Shown: positions 10,258 through 20,753 of the stretch, one piece after another
How the letters are laid out: each line of letters starts with the position of its first letter
Position numbering within the stretch: position 1 is the stretch's first letter
DNA from: a virus
Taxonomy: Duplodnaviria; Caudoviricetes
Strand: one strand, 5' to 3'
Length of the DNA stretch: 57,205 nt
Virus record (IMG/VR): IMGVR_UViG_3300032309_001424
Location: 1 to 57,205 of that record
Notes under the pieces: generated by a model
What the model was told of the DNA's origin: nothing
The model's database searches: none
What the model saw: the letters and a program-made list of their open reading frames with translations, nothing else
Position numbers and translations under genes: made by a program

Positions 10258-12369
10258 ATGACAAGTTATGACGTTGAGTATAGATACTATCTGACTGATC
10301 TTTTAAGTAATCAGGTTATTGCAGAGCTTCCTTTTACTGGAGTGTCTTACGAAAGAGTTCTTCGTAGAGCAGGGGGTTTTTCGGGAAGTATCCCTGTTAT
10401 TGAGGCAACTAAAAAGTATGATTTGTATGAAACAACTATGCCGGGCAGGACTGGTTTATATGTTTTAAGAAATGGCCAGTGTGTTTGGGGGGGAATTATT
10501 TGGTCAAGAAAATATGATGAATCAAGTAAGACTCTTTCGGTAGATGCTTCAGAGTTTCCAAGCTATTTCTACCATCGATTTATATGGAAGACTATTTCTT
10601 ATGGATCTGAGTTTTTAGGAATAACTTCATTTTCTATTGAAGATGGGCTTGCTACAATCAACTTAGAACAAGATCATAACTTTTTTTCTGGTGACTTTGT
10701 AAAAGTTACAAATACAAGTCCTCTAGTAAATGGAACATATGAGATAGACGATACCCCTACTTCAGATTCAATTACATATTTTTTAAATGCTGATATTAGT
10801 GAAAACAACATTACAGTTTCAGATACTCGAGTAACGGGTGGTGCTCTTAGAAAGCTATACGATACTTACGAGCTTGTAAGAGATCTTATTGAAAAAATGA
10901 ATACAGACCTTAGTGAATACTACGGAACCTTTAATGACGTGTATAGGGGATTCGGTAATGAGCTTATTGAGCCAGGAAGAACGCTACAGGTTTCTGTTAT
11001 TTCTAAAAAAGTAGTTGACAGAACTGTAACTCTTAGAACAGCCCAAGACCATAGCATGGTTCCCGGTCAAGATTTTGATGTTTATGATGTAGACACTGGT
11101 TTAGATGAGTTTAATCCTTGGACCGTTTCAGAGGTCCCTGACTCAAGAACTATAGTTTTTAACAGCGAGGGTATTGCAGGGGAAACACCAGAAACTGCTC
11201 TTTCAGGAGTTAAGACAGTTTTTATTACAAAAAGAAAACTTGAAAAAACAGGATCTGGTGATTTTGCAACTATAACAACACACATTGCTCACGGTGCTAC
11301 CGCTGGTCAAAAGGTTACTGTTACTGGTATTGACTCACCTTTTAATCAAAAACTAGATATAAATTTTGACGGAACTTTTGTAATAGATAGCGTAACTTCT
11401 ACAACAATCACATACGAACTAAATTCTGTTATTGCTGTACCAGAAGAAACAATTTTTGGTGGTCTTGCTTCTGTAGGAAGTAAGATTGTCTACTCTACAT
11501 ATGGACCATATAAAGCTAACTCTAATCTTGATTTTCAGTTTGACAATTATAATCTTAGTAATAAGTATCAAGATACTCAAGTTTATAGAGGCTATGAAAC
11601 TAGAAGCGTTGGTGAAATTTTAGAAGATTACTCCGACAATATTAATGGTTTCGAGTATAGAGTAGATTGTGATTATGATCCATTTTTAGGTTCTTTTATA
11701 CGAATATTTACTCTTTTAGATATAGAAAACCCTAATGGAAGTAACGAATATCCAGATATAGAAAGCTCTCTTTTAACAGACGAGCAAAGGATTGGATACA
11801 ACAAACTTGTATTCGAGTATCCAGGAAGTATTTCTTCTTTTACCTTGGAAGAAAACGCAGAAGATTCTGCTACAAGATTTTTTGTTCAAGGAAATGTAAC
11901 AGATCTTTCAGATGAGGCAAGTCAACCATATGCAGTTGCATCTGACACGGAGCTGTTGAACAATAAGTTAGGAAGAAGCTTTCCTCTCATCGATGCCGTA
12001 GAAGTTATAAATAACACTGCTGACGAAGACATCTTGTATGACTATGCAGAAGAGTATTTGTTTGAATCTAAAGTCCCTATGGGTGATATATCAATAAGTG
12101 TAAATGGATCTATAACTCCTACTGTAGGTAGCTTTTATCCTGGAGATTGGTGCACGATAATTATTGATGACCCCTTTATTCTTGCTCGCTTAGCAAACGA
12201 TCAAGAACCACGAAATGACATTATTGTGAGAAAGATTAACTCATACAAAGTAAGTGTTCCAGATAACTCGTTTTTCCCAGAAGCAGTTACTTTAGAACTT
12301 ATTACTGATTGGAAGGTCGATAAGACTGGACAAGCAAACAATTTAAGGCCAACAGGAGGAAATAGCTAA
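10258..12369 (+). CDS. Baseplate hub or minor tail protein with three FCCH-like modules
   Basis: YRYYLTDLLS...IAELP and CVWGGIIW...FEYPGSI motifs resemble actinophage hub proteins; second gene after tape measure. Confidence 0.65.
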   Translation: MTSYDVEYRYYLTDLLSNQVIAELPFTGVSYERVLRRAGGFSGSIPVIEATKKYDLYETTMPGRTGLYVLRNGQCVWGGIIWSRKYDESSKTLSVDASEFPSYFYHRFIWKTISYGSEFLGITSFSIEDGLATINLEQDHNFFSGDFVKVTNTSPLVNGTYEIDDTPTSDSITYFLNADISENNITVSDTRVTGGALRKLYDTYELVRDLIEKMNTDLSEYYGTFNDVYRGFGNELIEPGRTLQVSVISKKVVDRTVTLRTAQDHSMVPGQDFDVYDVDTGLDEFNPWTVSEVPDSRTIVFNSEGIAGETPETALSGVKTVFITKRKLEKTGSGDFATITTHIAHGATAGQKVTVTGIDSPFNQKLDINFDGTFVIDSVTSTTITYELNSVIAVPEETIFGGLASVGSKIVYSTYGPYKANSNLDFQFDNYNLSNKYQDTQVYRGYETRSVGEILEDYSDNINGFEYRVDCDYDPFLGSFIRIFTLLDIENPNGSNEYPDIESSLLTDEQRIGYNKLVFEYPGSISSFTLEENAEDSATRFFVQGNVTDLSDEASQPYAVASDTELLNNKLGRSFPLIDAVEVINNTADEDILYDYAEEYLFESKVPMGDISISVNGSITPTVGSFYPGDWCTIIIDDPFILARLANDQEPRNDIIVRKINSYKVSVPDNSFFPEAVTLELITDWKVDKTGQANNLRPTGGNS

Positions 12370-13997
12370 TGGCAAGCCGTCGTAGATCTCGTATTAAAAG
12401 CATTGCTGGAAACATTAATGATGTACAAAAACGCTTACGATACTTGGAAACACGTTCTGCTCCCTCTCAGTTGGCAAGAAAAGTAGTAAAGACTGGAAAT
12501 ATTGCACTGCGTGCCATCGAGCCAGATGTAGTTGCTGATGCAGCAATTATTCGACGTACACTAGCTCCAGAGGCTGTTATCAGTGCAAACCTAGCTGTTG
12601 TTGGGGATCCTGATGATGCAGCTGTTGCAAGAGAAAACATACAAATTTCAGCAGTAGATACAGATCAAATTAATGACAGTGCAGTCACCAACGTCAAACT
12701 TGCTGGAGAGATCGAAGACGAAAAACTTATCGGTATCTCGGCTTCTAAAGTTGGTCCAGATTTACTTGTAGATGATCAGATCGAGACTTTGTCAGCGTCT
12801 AAGGTTGGACCAGATCTTCTGGTGGATGATCAGTTAGAGAGTATCTCAGCGTCTAAGGTTGGACCAGACCTTTTAGTTGACGATCAACTCGAGGGTATAT
12901 CTACAGAAAAACTTATTGGAACAATCAATGATACACAGATTGATAGCGTAGACGCTGCAACAATTACTGTCGGGCTTATTCAAGATGATCAAATTGAAGG
13001 TATCTCTGGTGAAAAGATTATTGGCGGAATTGATGGAGAATTAATTGTTGCTTTTTCCATTCAAGGATCTGAAGGTGCAATTGAATCAAAAATAGCAGTT
13101 GGAAGTATTGGAGAAGATGATTTAGCTGAAAACTCGGTTGGATACGATGAAATACAAGGTAACTCTATTGATACCGTTCAAATTCGAGAAAATGCTGTTA
13201 CATCATTTGAACTAGATAGTCTTGCAGTTGAAAGACGTCATATGAATGACGACGTTATTATTTCAAGAATGATTAATGCTGGCGCTGTCCAAACAGAAAA
13301 AATTCAAAACCTTGCAGTTACAAGTGCCAAAATTGATAATGGCGCTATTGTTAACGGAAAAATACAAGATGGCACTATTACTGCAAATAAAATTTTTGGC
13401 GGAACTAATATTATAACTGACGTTAACGCTGGAGCTGGTGTTTCTGTAAGCAATGTTTCTGGTACTAATGGAAGAGTTGTTACAATCTCATCAAGCTCAA
13501 CGTTAACTCTTGGGTCTGGATCAACTCAAGCGGCGGCTGGTAGCCACGTTCACGGTACTGGAGGTTATTCTTCAGTAGGAGGAGGTGGAGTTCCCTCCCA
13601 CACGCACAGTTTTACTGATGTAACTTCCAACTCTACTGGACATACTCACGTCGTTAGTGGAACAACTGGAACTCCTTCTACATTAAAGATTAAGAAAGAA
13701 ATTACTGACTACTCAATGGTGGATGTAAAAAACCTGCTTAATCTAAATCTAAAAAGGTATAAATATAAAAATCAAGCAAGAAATTTGCAAGAAGGTCGAG
13801 AGTGGATGTACGGCTATATTGCAGAAGAGGTTGAAGAGCTAGGTATTAGAGAGATTGTCGGGTACGATGAAAATAAAGAACCTAACGCAATCAACTACAG
13901 CCTTCTTTCAACCCTTGTTCTTGAACTAGTCAAAGTACAACAAATTGAGATAGACTCTCTTAGAGAAGAGATTCAGAGACTGAAGGAAAAAATATGA
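12369..13997 (+). CDS. Tail fibre/spike with a C-terminal intramolecular chaperone (peptidase S74-like)
   Basis: Repetitive shaft; C-terminal STLKIKKEI...YKYK...GYIAEEVEE...INYSLL followed by a coiled coil. Confidence 0.75.
   Translation: MASRRRSRIKSIAGNINDVQKRLRYLETRSAPSQLARKVVKTGNIALRAIEPDVVADAAIIRRTLAPEAVISANLAVVGDPDDAAVARENIQISAVDTDQINDSAVTNVKLAGEIEDEKLIGISASKVGPDLLVDDQIETLSASKVGPDLLVDDQLESISASKVGPDLLVDDQLEGISTEKLIGTINDTQIDSVDAATITVGLIQDDQIEGISGEKIIGGIDGELIVAFSIQGSEGAIESKIAVGSIGEDDLAENSVGYDEIQGNSIDTVQIRENAVTSFELDSLAVERRHMNDDVIISRMINAGAVQTEKIQNLAVTSAKIDNGAIVNGKIQDGTITANKIFGGTNIITDVNAGAGVSVSNVSGTNGRVVTISSSSTLTLGSGSTQAAAGSHVHGTGGYSSVGGGGVPSHTHSFTDVTSNSTGHTHVVSGTTGTPSTLKIKKEITDYSMVDVKNLLNLNLKRYKYKNQARNLQEGREWMYGYIAEEVEELGIREIVGYDENKEPNAINYSLLSTLVLELVKVQQIEIDSLREEIQRLKEKI
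12731..12900 (+). repeat. Three 51-bp (17-aa) coding repeats, ISASKVGPDLLVDDQ(I/L)E
   Basis: Visible in the translation; the copies differ at synonymous positions. Confidence 0.85.
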
Positions 13998-14365
13998 TAA
14001 GTTATGTACCTAACTATGAAGTAGGAAATAAACCTTATATTTGTAAAGTTTTTACTGCTTCTTCTGGAGAAGAGTTCCACACTGCTATTAACTTCTCTAA
14101 TGAAACAGAGAGAAAAGAAGTTTCTCAGGAAACAATCTTAGGTCATTTAGATAACATACTTACATATATCAATGATAGAAGTGATTCTCTAGATTATATA
14201 AAACTTGATGAACCAGTCAATAATGAACCTTGGCCTCTTAAAGGATGGATGGATCTCCAATGGGCAAATAGTGAAATAGATCTTTGGTGGCGGTTTATTT
14301 ATTATAAAGAAGAAGAAGATCACACCCATGATCCAGAAACAGGAGACGAGATTCCTAATGCATGA
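13994..14365 (+). CDS. Hypothetical protein (tail-fibre associated)
   Basis: ATGA overlap with the fibre gene; AAGGA RBS. Confidence 0.6.
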   Translation: MISYVPNYEVGNKPYICKVFTASSGEEFHTAINFSNETERKEVSQETILGHLDNILTYINDRSDSLDYIKLDEPVNNEPWPLKGWMDLQWANSEIDLWWRFIYYKEEEDHTHDPETGDEIPNA

Positions 14366-14828
14366 AGTTAAAGATGGGTCTCGAACTCTTCAGTTCAATG
14401 GTCGATTGCTAGGAGAATCAACCTCTTGGCGCCGTGGCTCTACACGCTGGATTGAGTTTAAGCTTTTCAAGACAGAGAACGGCGCATACATACTATCTCG
14501 TGTAGGTGTTTCACTTATATTTCATGGTGCGGCGTGTCCTCTTGTAAAAAGATACTATTTAAAAGAAGATAGTAGTGACGTATTAAAGCAAGATTCTCTA
14601 CCATGCGAAGAATGTAATCCATCTAAAGATCTACCTCTTATTTTTCCTGAAACAGACCGCAACTGGGCTCAAGTAAGCGAAGATCCAACAGCAGTTCTAG
14701 ATGCACTTTACAAATATGACCAAGGTGGTGCAAGATACCTTACTAACGTCGCTCAAAGGCTTCTTGAAAAAGCAGCCCTGAATGACGAGAAGATAGATTC
14801 GATCTATAGAGTGGAAATGATCCCGTAA
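14358..14828 (+). CDS. Hypothetical protein with a His/Cys (HGAAC...CEEC) putative metal site
   Basis: Start re-called to ATG 14358 (AGGAG upstream); CxxC motif. Confidence 0.6.
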   Translation: MHEVKDGSRTLQFNGRLLGESTSWRRGSTRWIEFKLFKTENGAYILSRVGVSLIFHGAACPLVKRYYLKEDSSDVLKQDSLPCEECNPSKDLPLIFPETDRNWAQVSEDPTAVLDALYKYDQGGARYLTNVAQRLLEKAALNDEKIDSIYRVEMIP

Positions 14829-14845
14829 GTAGAGACTAGGAAGTA

Positions 14846-16684
14846 ATGAGCGACAACCAAACGACGCAAGGACTAGGTGATGTAAAACTTCACCTTGTTG
14901 ATTCTGTAGAAAAAGCTGGCCAATTTATTACTTGGCTTGGTGAAAGACGTCCATATGACGCAATTGCAATCGATACTGAAACTGGTGAACGTCCCGGCGG
15001 TGAGCGTAGTGATGCGCTATCTCCTTGGCACGGAGACCTGCGTCTTGTTCAAGTAGGCGATGGAATGCAAGGCTGGTCTATTCCTTGGGATGAATGGAAC
15101 GGCGTCTTCTACGAAGCAATGCGAAAGTTTGAAGGACCTATTGTGTGCCACAATATTGCCTTCGAAGCTCGTTGGTTTGCAATTAAATCTAAATGGGAAA
15201 TGCCTTGGCAGCGTGCACACGACACAATGATTATGGCTCATATCATCGATCCTCTCGGTGTTGGCGGTCTTAAGCCTCTTGCTGCTCGTTATGTAGATGG
15301 TAAAGCTGTTGCAATGCAAGAGAGCCTTGATTTAGGTCTTATCGAAAACGGCTGGACTTGGGGAACAGTTCCAGTTAATTACGAGCCTTACTGGGTTTAC
15401 GGAGCTTTAGATACAGTTCTAACAATGCGTCTCTGGGAACAGTTTTATCAGCAGTGTGGTCCTCAAGGTCCATATAACAGAGCCTACGAACTTGAGATGG
15501 CAACACGCAAAATTGTTACTCGTATGGAGATTAATGGTGCTCGTGTTGATCTTGACTACTCAAAGAAAAAATACGAAGAGCTTTTGTCCTACGCAGACTC
15601 CGTAAAAGACTGGGCAGCAAAAACTTACGGTGGAACAAGTATAACAAGCAACATTCAACTAGTTCGCTTGTTTGAAAAGCTTGGTGCAGAAATTACAGAA
15701 ACAACTCCATCTGGAGCAAAGTCTGCAAGTAAAGATCAGCTTAAGCTTTTAACTATTAATGGTAACGAAGAGGTTAAGAACCTTGCAGAAACTGTTCTCA
15801 AGCAACGCAAGGCAGATAAGTTAGCTAACACTTACTTCCTTAACTTCCTTAATAAAAATGTCAATGGCATCCTTCACCCATCTGTAAAGACTTTAGGTGC
15901 TCGCACATCTCGTATGTCAATCACTGATCCTGCGCTACAGACTTTGCCTAAGGGCGATGAGACAGTACGAAGAGCGTTCTTACCTCGTGATCCAGACCAT
16001 GTGATTATCTCTTCCGACTTAGATCAGGTCGAGTTTCGTATGTTTGCTTCTTTATCTCAGGATCCGAACCTCATCTCTCTATTTCATAAAGCAGATGCAA
16101 CTGGCTCTGATCCCTTTACCGAAATTGGTCGTCAGGTTTATCAAGAACCAGATATGCAAAAGTCCGACAAGCGTCGTAACCTCATCAAAGGTGTTGTCTA
16201 CGGACGACTTTACGGTGCAGGTGTCGCTAAACAAGCTTTGACTGCTGGTGTATCAGAACCTCAAATGCGTTCTGTCTCTGATTCTTTTGACGCTAACTAT
16301 CCCGGCATGATGATGTTTCAAAAACAAATTGAAAATATTGGCATGACTCGTCTTCGTACTGAAGGTCAAGGCTATGTCCACACATGGACTGGTCGCCGCA
16401 TTCCTTGTGATGAAGAGCGTGTCTATACTCTTGTTAACTATTTAATTCAGGGTGGTGCTGCTGAAGTCTTTAAAAGTAATCTTGTTAAGTTGGATCAGGC
16501 AGATCTCACAGAGCACCTGATTGTTCCAGTACACGATGAAATTGTTTTACAAGCACCTAAAGACCAAGTTGAAGAATTCAAGAGAACTGTTCAAGAGTGT
16601 ATGACTACCACCGAAGGCTGGGCTGTTCCATTAACCTCAGGCATTGACGGTCCTATGAATAACTGGGGGGAGAAGTACGCATAA
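14846..16684 (+). CDS. polA: DNA polymerase family A with 3'-5' exonuclease
   Basis: Exonuclease motifs DTETG, HNIAFE, YGALD; polymerase motifs DLDQVEFR, KGVVYGRLYG, NYLIQGGAA, VHDEI. Confidence 0.95.
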   Translation: MSDNQTTQGLGDVKLHLVDSVEKAGQFITWLGERRPYDAIAIDTETGERPGGERSDALSPWHGDLRLVQVGDGMQGWSIPWDEWNGVFYEAMRKFEGPIVCHNIAFEARWFAIKSKWEMPWQRAHDTMIMAHIIDPLGVGGLKPLAARYVDGKAVAMQESLDLGLIENGWTWGTVPVNYEPYWVYGALDTVLTMRLWEQFYQQCGPQGPYNRAYELEMATRKIVTRMEINGARVDLDYSKKKYEELLSYADSVKDWAAKTYGGTSITSNIQLVRLFEKLGAEITETTPSGAKSASKDQLKLLTINGNEEVKNLAETVLKQRKADKLANTYFLNFLNKNVNGILHPSVKTLGARTSRMSITDPALQTLPKGDETVRRAFLPRDPDHVIISSDLDQVEFRMFASLSQDPNLISLFHKADATGSDPFTEIGRQVYQEPDMQKSDKRRNLIKGVVYGRLYGAGVAKQALTAGVSEPQMRSVSDSFDANYPGMMMFQKQIENIGMTRLRTEGQGYVHTWTGRRIPCDEERVYTLVNYLIQGGAAEVFKSNLVKLDQADLTEHLIVPVHDEIVLQAPKDQVEEFKRTVQECMTTTEGWAVPLTSGIDGPMNNWGEKYA

Positions 16685-17148
16685 TGAAATATGTTCTAGC
16701 CGTAGATCCAGGAAAAGCAACAGGTGTTGTACTTATGTCGTGGAATGGGTCTGACCCAGTTCCTAATTTAATTTTGTCAAAGGAAGTTCAACCAGAGGAA
16801 TTTGCTTTAGTTATTGACATGATGTTAAATACTAGAAACGATGAGGATAATTTTACGGTTGTTTGCGAGCGTTTTACTATTAATGCTCAAACAGTTCGTA
16901 ACTCTCAGGCTCCCTACAGCCTTGAGCAGATAGGCGTGCTTAAGCACCTGTGTCGCACCAACAGGTATGACCCTGAAAAGATCGTTTTTCAATCTCCAGC
17001 CGATGCCAAGAATATGTTCCCAAACCCAACCCTCAAGAAGCTTGGGACTTGGCATGTAGGAGGGGAAGGGCATGCAAATGATGCAATGCGACACGCCCTT
17101 TTAAGACTAGTTAAAACTGGCTGGGTTCCTAGAACTCTGCTAGACTAA
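16684..17148 (+). CDS. RuvC-like Holliday junction resolvase
   Basis: VLAVDPG, VVCE and HANDAMRH RNase H-fold motifs. Confidence 0.75.
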   Translation: MKYVLAVDPGKATGVVLMSWNGSDPVPNLILSKEVQPEEFALVIDMMLNTRNDEDNFTVVCERFTINAQTVRNSQAPYSLEQIGVLKHLCRTNRYDPEKIVFQSPADAKNMFPNPTLKKLGTWHVGGEGHANDAMRHALLRLVKTGWVPRTLLD

Positions 17149-17233
17149 AGATACTATTAAAAAACTTTTAGGTTGCAATATTGTTAGTAGTATGTTTTAC
17201 TTAATGTAGTGACGTTAAAGATTAGGTGGCAAA

Positions 17234-19036
17234 ATGGCAGTAACAGTTGATATAAACCCAGACAAGAACAACATCCTCATAACCGCTGACTGGCGCTTCA
17301 AAGAGCTCTGTAAGAGCCTTCCAGGGGCTTCCTGGAGCCCTAAGGAGCAAGTCTGGACTGTTCCACTTAGCTGGACAACTTGCCTTGCTTTACGCTCAAC
17401 ATTTAAGGAAGATCTCTTTGTTGGACCTGCTCTAACCGAGTGGGCGACCAACGAACTCAATAATAGAGTTGCCCCTGCCAATGCTCTTAGAGAGCTTGAG
17501 ACCTACGAGGGCGATGAAGATCTATTCCCTCATCAGAGAGCTGGCGTAGCCTTCCTTAGTACCGCAAAGCGTGCTCTTCTAGCGGATGAGCCCGGCCTAG
17601 GTAAGACTGCTCAAGCGATCCGTGCTCTTAAAAAACTTCAAGATAATGGCGAAGATGTTTTTCCTGCACTCATTGTCTGCCCTAACACTTTGAAGAAGAA
17701 CTGGGCTAGAGAGTTCGAGAAGTGGTGGCCGGGAGTAAAGACTCAGGTTATTAAAGGCTCTGCGGTTCAACGCAAAAAGCAGTTTGCCAATGAAGAAGCA
17801 CAAGTATTTATTATTAACTGGGAATCGCTTCGCTCACACTCACGGCTTTCTGGATATGGCTCTATCGCTTTAGTTAAGTGCGTTGAGATGGGAGGACAAG
17901 ATCCGAGTGTTACAGAGACTCGTTGTGAAGTTCATCCACGAGAGCTTAATATGATTGATTTTAAAGCTGTAGTTGCCGATGAGATTCATCGCTCTAAAGA
18001 GCCAAAATCTAAGCAGACTCGTGCTCTTTGGGCTGCAACTGGTGATGCTCCTATTCGTTTTGCACTTACTGGTACTCCAATTGCTAAAGATGTTGTTGAT
18101 CTATGGTCAATCCTTCATTGGCTGTCTCCTATTGATTGGCCATCAAAGACAAAGTGGATTGATCGAATGATTGACATTATGCTTAATGCTTTTGGTGGAA
18201 TGATGGTTATTGGCGTTAAGCCACACATGGAAGATGAGTTCCATAAGAGCGTAAACCCTGTAATGCGTCGTATGCTCAAAAAGGTTGTGCTTCCTTGGCT
18301 ACCACCTGTTATGAATGAGCGTCGTGATGTTGAGATGTCGACTAAACAGAAAAAGGCTTACGATCAAATGCGTGACACAATGATTGCTGAGCTTGAGAGC
18401 GGGGATGCAGTTACTGCTCCAAGTATTTTGACTCAAACAACTCGTCTGCTTCAGTTTGCTAGTTCTTATGCGACTATGGAAGTTGACGAGTCAACAGGGG
18501 AAATGAAGACGGTTCTTGCTGGACCATCTTGTAAGGTGGACTCGCTTATGGATGATATCAAGAATGGTGACTTCGGGGATGACTCCGTTGCTGTCTGTGC
18601 AGTATCACGTCAGCTTATTAATCTTCTTAGCGCAGAACTTACAAAGGCTGGAATTAAGCACGGACTAATTACTGGTGCTCAGAATGAAGATGAGCGTCAA
18701 AGAGCCGTGGATGATTTTCAAGCAGGAAACATCAAATGGGTTCTTTTTACTGCTCAGGCAGGTGGTGTAGGTATCACGTTGACCGCTGCTCGTCGTCTTG
18801 TTATGCTACAGCGACCTTGGTCACTAGTCGATCATCGTCAGGCTTTAGACCGTGTGCACCGTATTGGTAGCGAAATCCACGACTCTATCTTGATTATGGA
18901 TTATGTAACAGAGGGAACAATTGAAGAAAGAGTTTTGCAAGTACTTGAAACAAAATCAGACAACTTCGAACAGATTGTTCGAGATAAAGATCAACTGATG
19001 AAGTTGCTCAAAGATGATAAGGCAGGTGTTTTATGA
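17234..19036 (+). CDS. SNF2-family DNA helicase
   Basis: LADEPGLGKT, DEIH, LTGTP, GGVGITLT and QALDRVHRIG. Confidence 0.92.
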   Translation: MAVTVDINPDKNNILITADWRFKELCKSLPGASWSPKEQVWTVPLSWTTCLALRSTFKEDLFVGPALTEWATNELNNRVAPANALRELETYEGDEDLFPHQRAGVAFLSTAKRALLADEPGLGKTAQAIRALKKLQDNGEDVFPALIVCPNTLKKNWAREFEKWWPGVKTQVIKGSAVQRKKQFANEEAQVFIINWESLRSHSRLSGYGSIALVKCVEMGGQDPSVTETRCEVHPRELNMIDFKAVVADEIHRSKEPKSKQTRALWAATGDAPIRFALTGTPIAKDVVDLWSILHWLSPIDWPSKTKWIDRMIDIMLNAFGGMMVIGVKPHMEDEFHKSVNPVMRRMLKKVVLPWLPPVMNERRDVEMSTKQKKAYDQMRDTMIAELESGDAVTAPSILTQTTRLLQFASSYATMEVDESTGEMKTVLAGPSCKVDSLMDDIKNGDFGDDSVAVCAVSRQLINLLSAELTKAGIKHGLITGAQNEDERQRAVDDFQAGNIKWVLFTAQAGGVGITLTAARRLVMLQRPWSLVDHRQALDRVHRIGSEIHDSILIMDYVTEGTIEERVLQVLETKSDNFEQIVRDKDQLMKLLKDDKAGVL

Positions 19037-19959
19037 GCGGTGTAGTAAGACTATCTAACTCAGAGCTACAAACATTTAAAGATTGCCGTCGTAAATGGTG
19101 GCTTGCCTACTATCGTCGTCTACAACCAAAGTTTCGTGATAAGACTGGTGCGTTAGCTTTTGGTAGCCGTATCCACGCAGCACTTGATGATCACTACGCA
19201 AACGGAACTCCACTACTAGAGGCACACTCAAAATTAGTGCAGGTAGATAAAGAGATTCTTCTTGCAGAGTTTCTAGATGTATCTAACCTTGAAGCAGAGG
19301 CAGAAATGGGTCGCATCATGCTTGAGGGATACGAAGAGTGGGTCTCAGAAGAGGGAATTGACGCAGAGCTTGAGATGATCTCTACAGAAGAAACAATTAT
19401 TGCTCCATTGTTTAATGGAGAAGTTGAACTGCAAGGCAAGCTTGATATGCGTGTTCGTCGTAAAGTTGATGGCGTTCGTATGTTCCGTGACTTTAAGACT
19501 GTTGGTGGTTCTCTAGGGGACTTTGGAAACCTTGCTCATATGAATGAGCAGGTTATGACATATATGCTTCTCGAGGCTACAAAGGCTGACGAAGAGCATC
19601 GCTCAGATGGTGGACTATTCACGCTTCTTAAAAAAGTAAAGCGCACAGCAACTGCTCGCCCACCTTTCTATGATCAAGTAGAAGTTCATCACAATGTATT
19701 TACAATGCGTTCTTTCTGGAATAGAATCCACGGAACCATTACAGATCTTATGAATGTTCGTAGAGCTTTAGATACAGGTTCTGATCATTCATTTGTTGCA
19801 TATCCGACACCAAGTCGTGATTGCAAATGGAAATGCCAATTTTTCGCTATATGCCCTATGTTCGATGACGGAAGCGCTGCCGAACAAGCACTTAGCGATT
19901 CGTATGAGGAAGCAGATCCTTATGCGTATTACGAAACCGACAAAAAAGGAAGTGAGTGA
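19033..19959 (+). CDS. PD-(D/E)XK exonuclease (Cas4/RecB-like, probable Fe-S)
   Basis: SNSELQTFKDC, FGSRIH, GKLD...DFKT; C-terminal C-x3-C-x5-C. Confidence 0.85.
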   Translation: MSGVVRLSNSELQTFKDCRRKWWLAYYRRLQPKFRDKTGALAFGSRIHAALDDHYANGTPLLEAHSKLVQVDKEILLAEFLDVSNLEAEAEMGRIMLEGYEEWVSEEGIDAELEMISTEETIIAPLFNGEVELQGKLDMRVRRKVDGVRMFRDFKTVGGSLGDFGNLAHMNEQVMTYMLLEATKADEEHRSDGGLFTLLKKVKRTATARPPFYDQVEVHHNVFTMRSFWNRIHGTITDLMNVRRALDTGSDHSFVAYPTPSRDCKWKCQFFAICPMFDDGSAAEQALSDSYEEADPYAYYETDKKGSE

Positions 19960-19962
19960 CGT

Positions 19963-20751
19963 ATGAGCGATATTCAACGTTCTCTTACCGTTATGGTGTA
20001 TGGAGAGAGTAAGGTTGGTAAATCCAGTCTTGCTGTTACAGCACCGTATCCACGCCTAATGCTCGATGTTGAGGGTGGACACCGCTTCCTCCCAATCATC
20101 GTAAAGTATTGGGATCCTCTTCGTGAGGAGCCACCAGTGGCTGATGGAACTTGGGATACATGTGTAGTCACAGTGCGTGACTATGACACTGTTCTTAAGA
20201 CATACCAGTGGCTACAACTAGGTAAGCATCAATTCAAGAGTCTAATTATTGACTCTGTTTCTGAACTTCAAGTTAAGTGCTTGGAGAACATTGCAGGTGT
20301 AAATCAGATGACACAACAACAATGGGGAGAACTTCTTCGCCATATGGGTGGACTCTTGCGTGACCTGCGTGACCTAACAATGCATGCAACAAATCCATTA
20401 GAAGCAGTAGTGCTAACTGCAATGGCTCGTCTTGATAAGGATGGTCGTTATCGTCCATACCTACAAGGTCAGCTTGCAATTCAAGCTCCTTACTTCTACG
20501 ACATTCTGGGTGCGATTACCGTTGAGGAACGTCACAATCCAGATCCAACACAACCGCCATTCAAAGTTCGTCGTATGTACGTTGAGCGCACAAACCAGCA
20601 CGAAGCTGGAGAGCGTGTACAAGGACGTCTTGGCAAGGTAGTTGAGCAAGAAAATCTCTCTATTGAAAGAATGTTAGACATTGTTTTCGGTCAGAGACAA
20701 GCAGCAGCAGCGGCCGCAGCAGCTGAAACAACAACACAGAAAGAAGGATAA
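19963..20751 (+). CDS. Sak4-like (AAA_24) recombination ATPase
   Basis: Walker A YGESKVGKS and IIDSVSE; lies between the exonuclease and SSB genes. Confidence 0.8.
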   Translation: MSDIQRSLTVMVYGESKVGKSSLAVTAPYPRLMLDVEGGHRFLPIIVKYWDPLREEPPVADGTWDTCVVTVRDYDTVLKTYQWLQLGKHQFKSLIIDSVSELQVKCLENIAGVNQMTQQQWGELLRHMGGLLRDLRDLTMHATNPLEAVVLTAMARLDKDGRYRPYLQGQLAIQAPYFYDILGAITVEERHNPDPTQPPFKVRRMYVERTNQHEAGERVQGRLGKVVEQENLSIERMLDIVFGQRQAAAAAAAAETTTQKEG

Positions 20752-20753
20752 AG

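Noticed and set aside
14846-19036. Inteins or introns in PolA or the helicase (terminase and primase also checked)
   Set aside because: Lengths and motif spacing look normal and no intein boundary motifs were seen; the helicase has only a short Cys/His insert.
19033-19959. Cas4-like nuclease as a sign of CRISPR-Cas
   Set aside because: No cas genes or array are present; the context is a standard phage recombination module.
20698-20724. GCA trinucleotide run
   Set aside because: It encodes a poly-Ala linker at the ATPase C-terminus, with no sign of phase variation.
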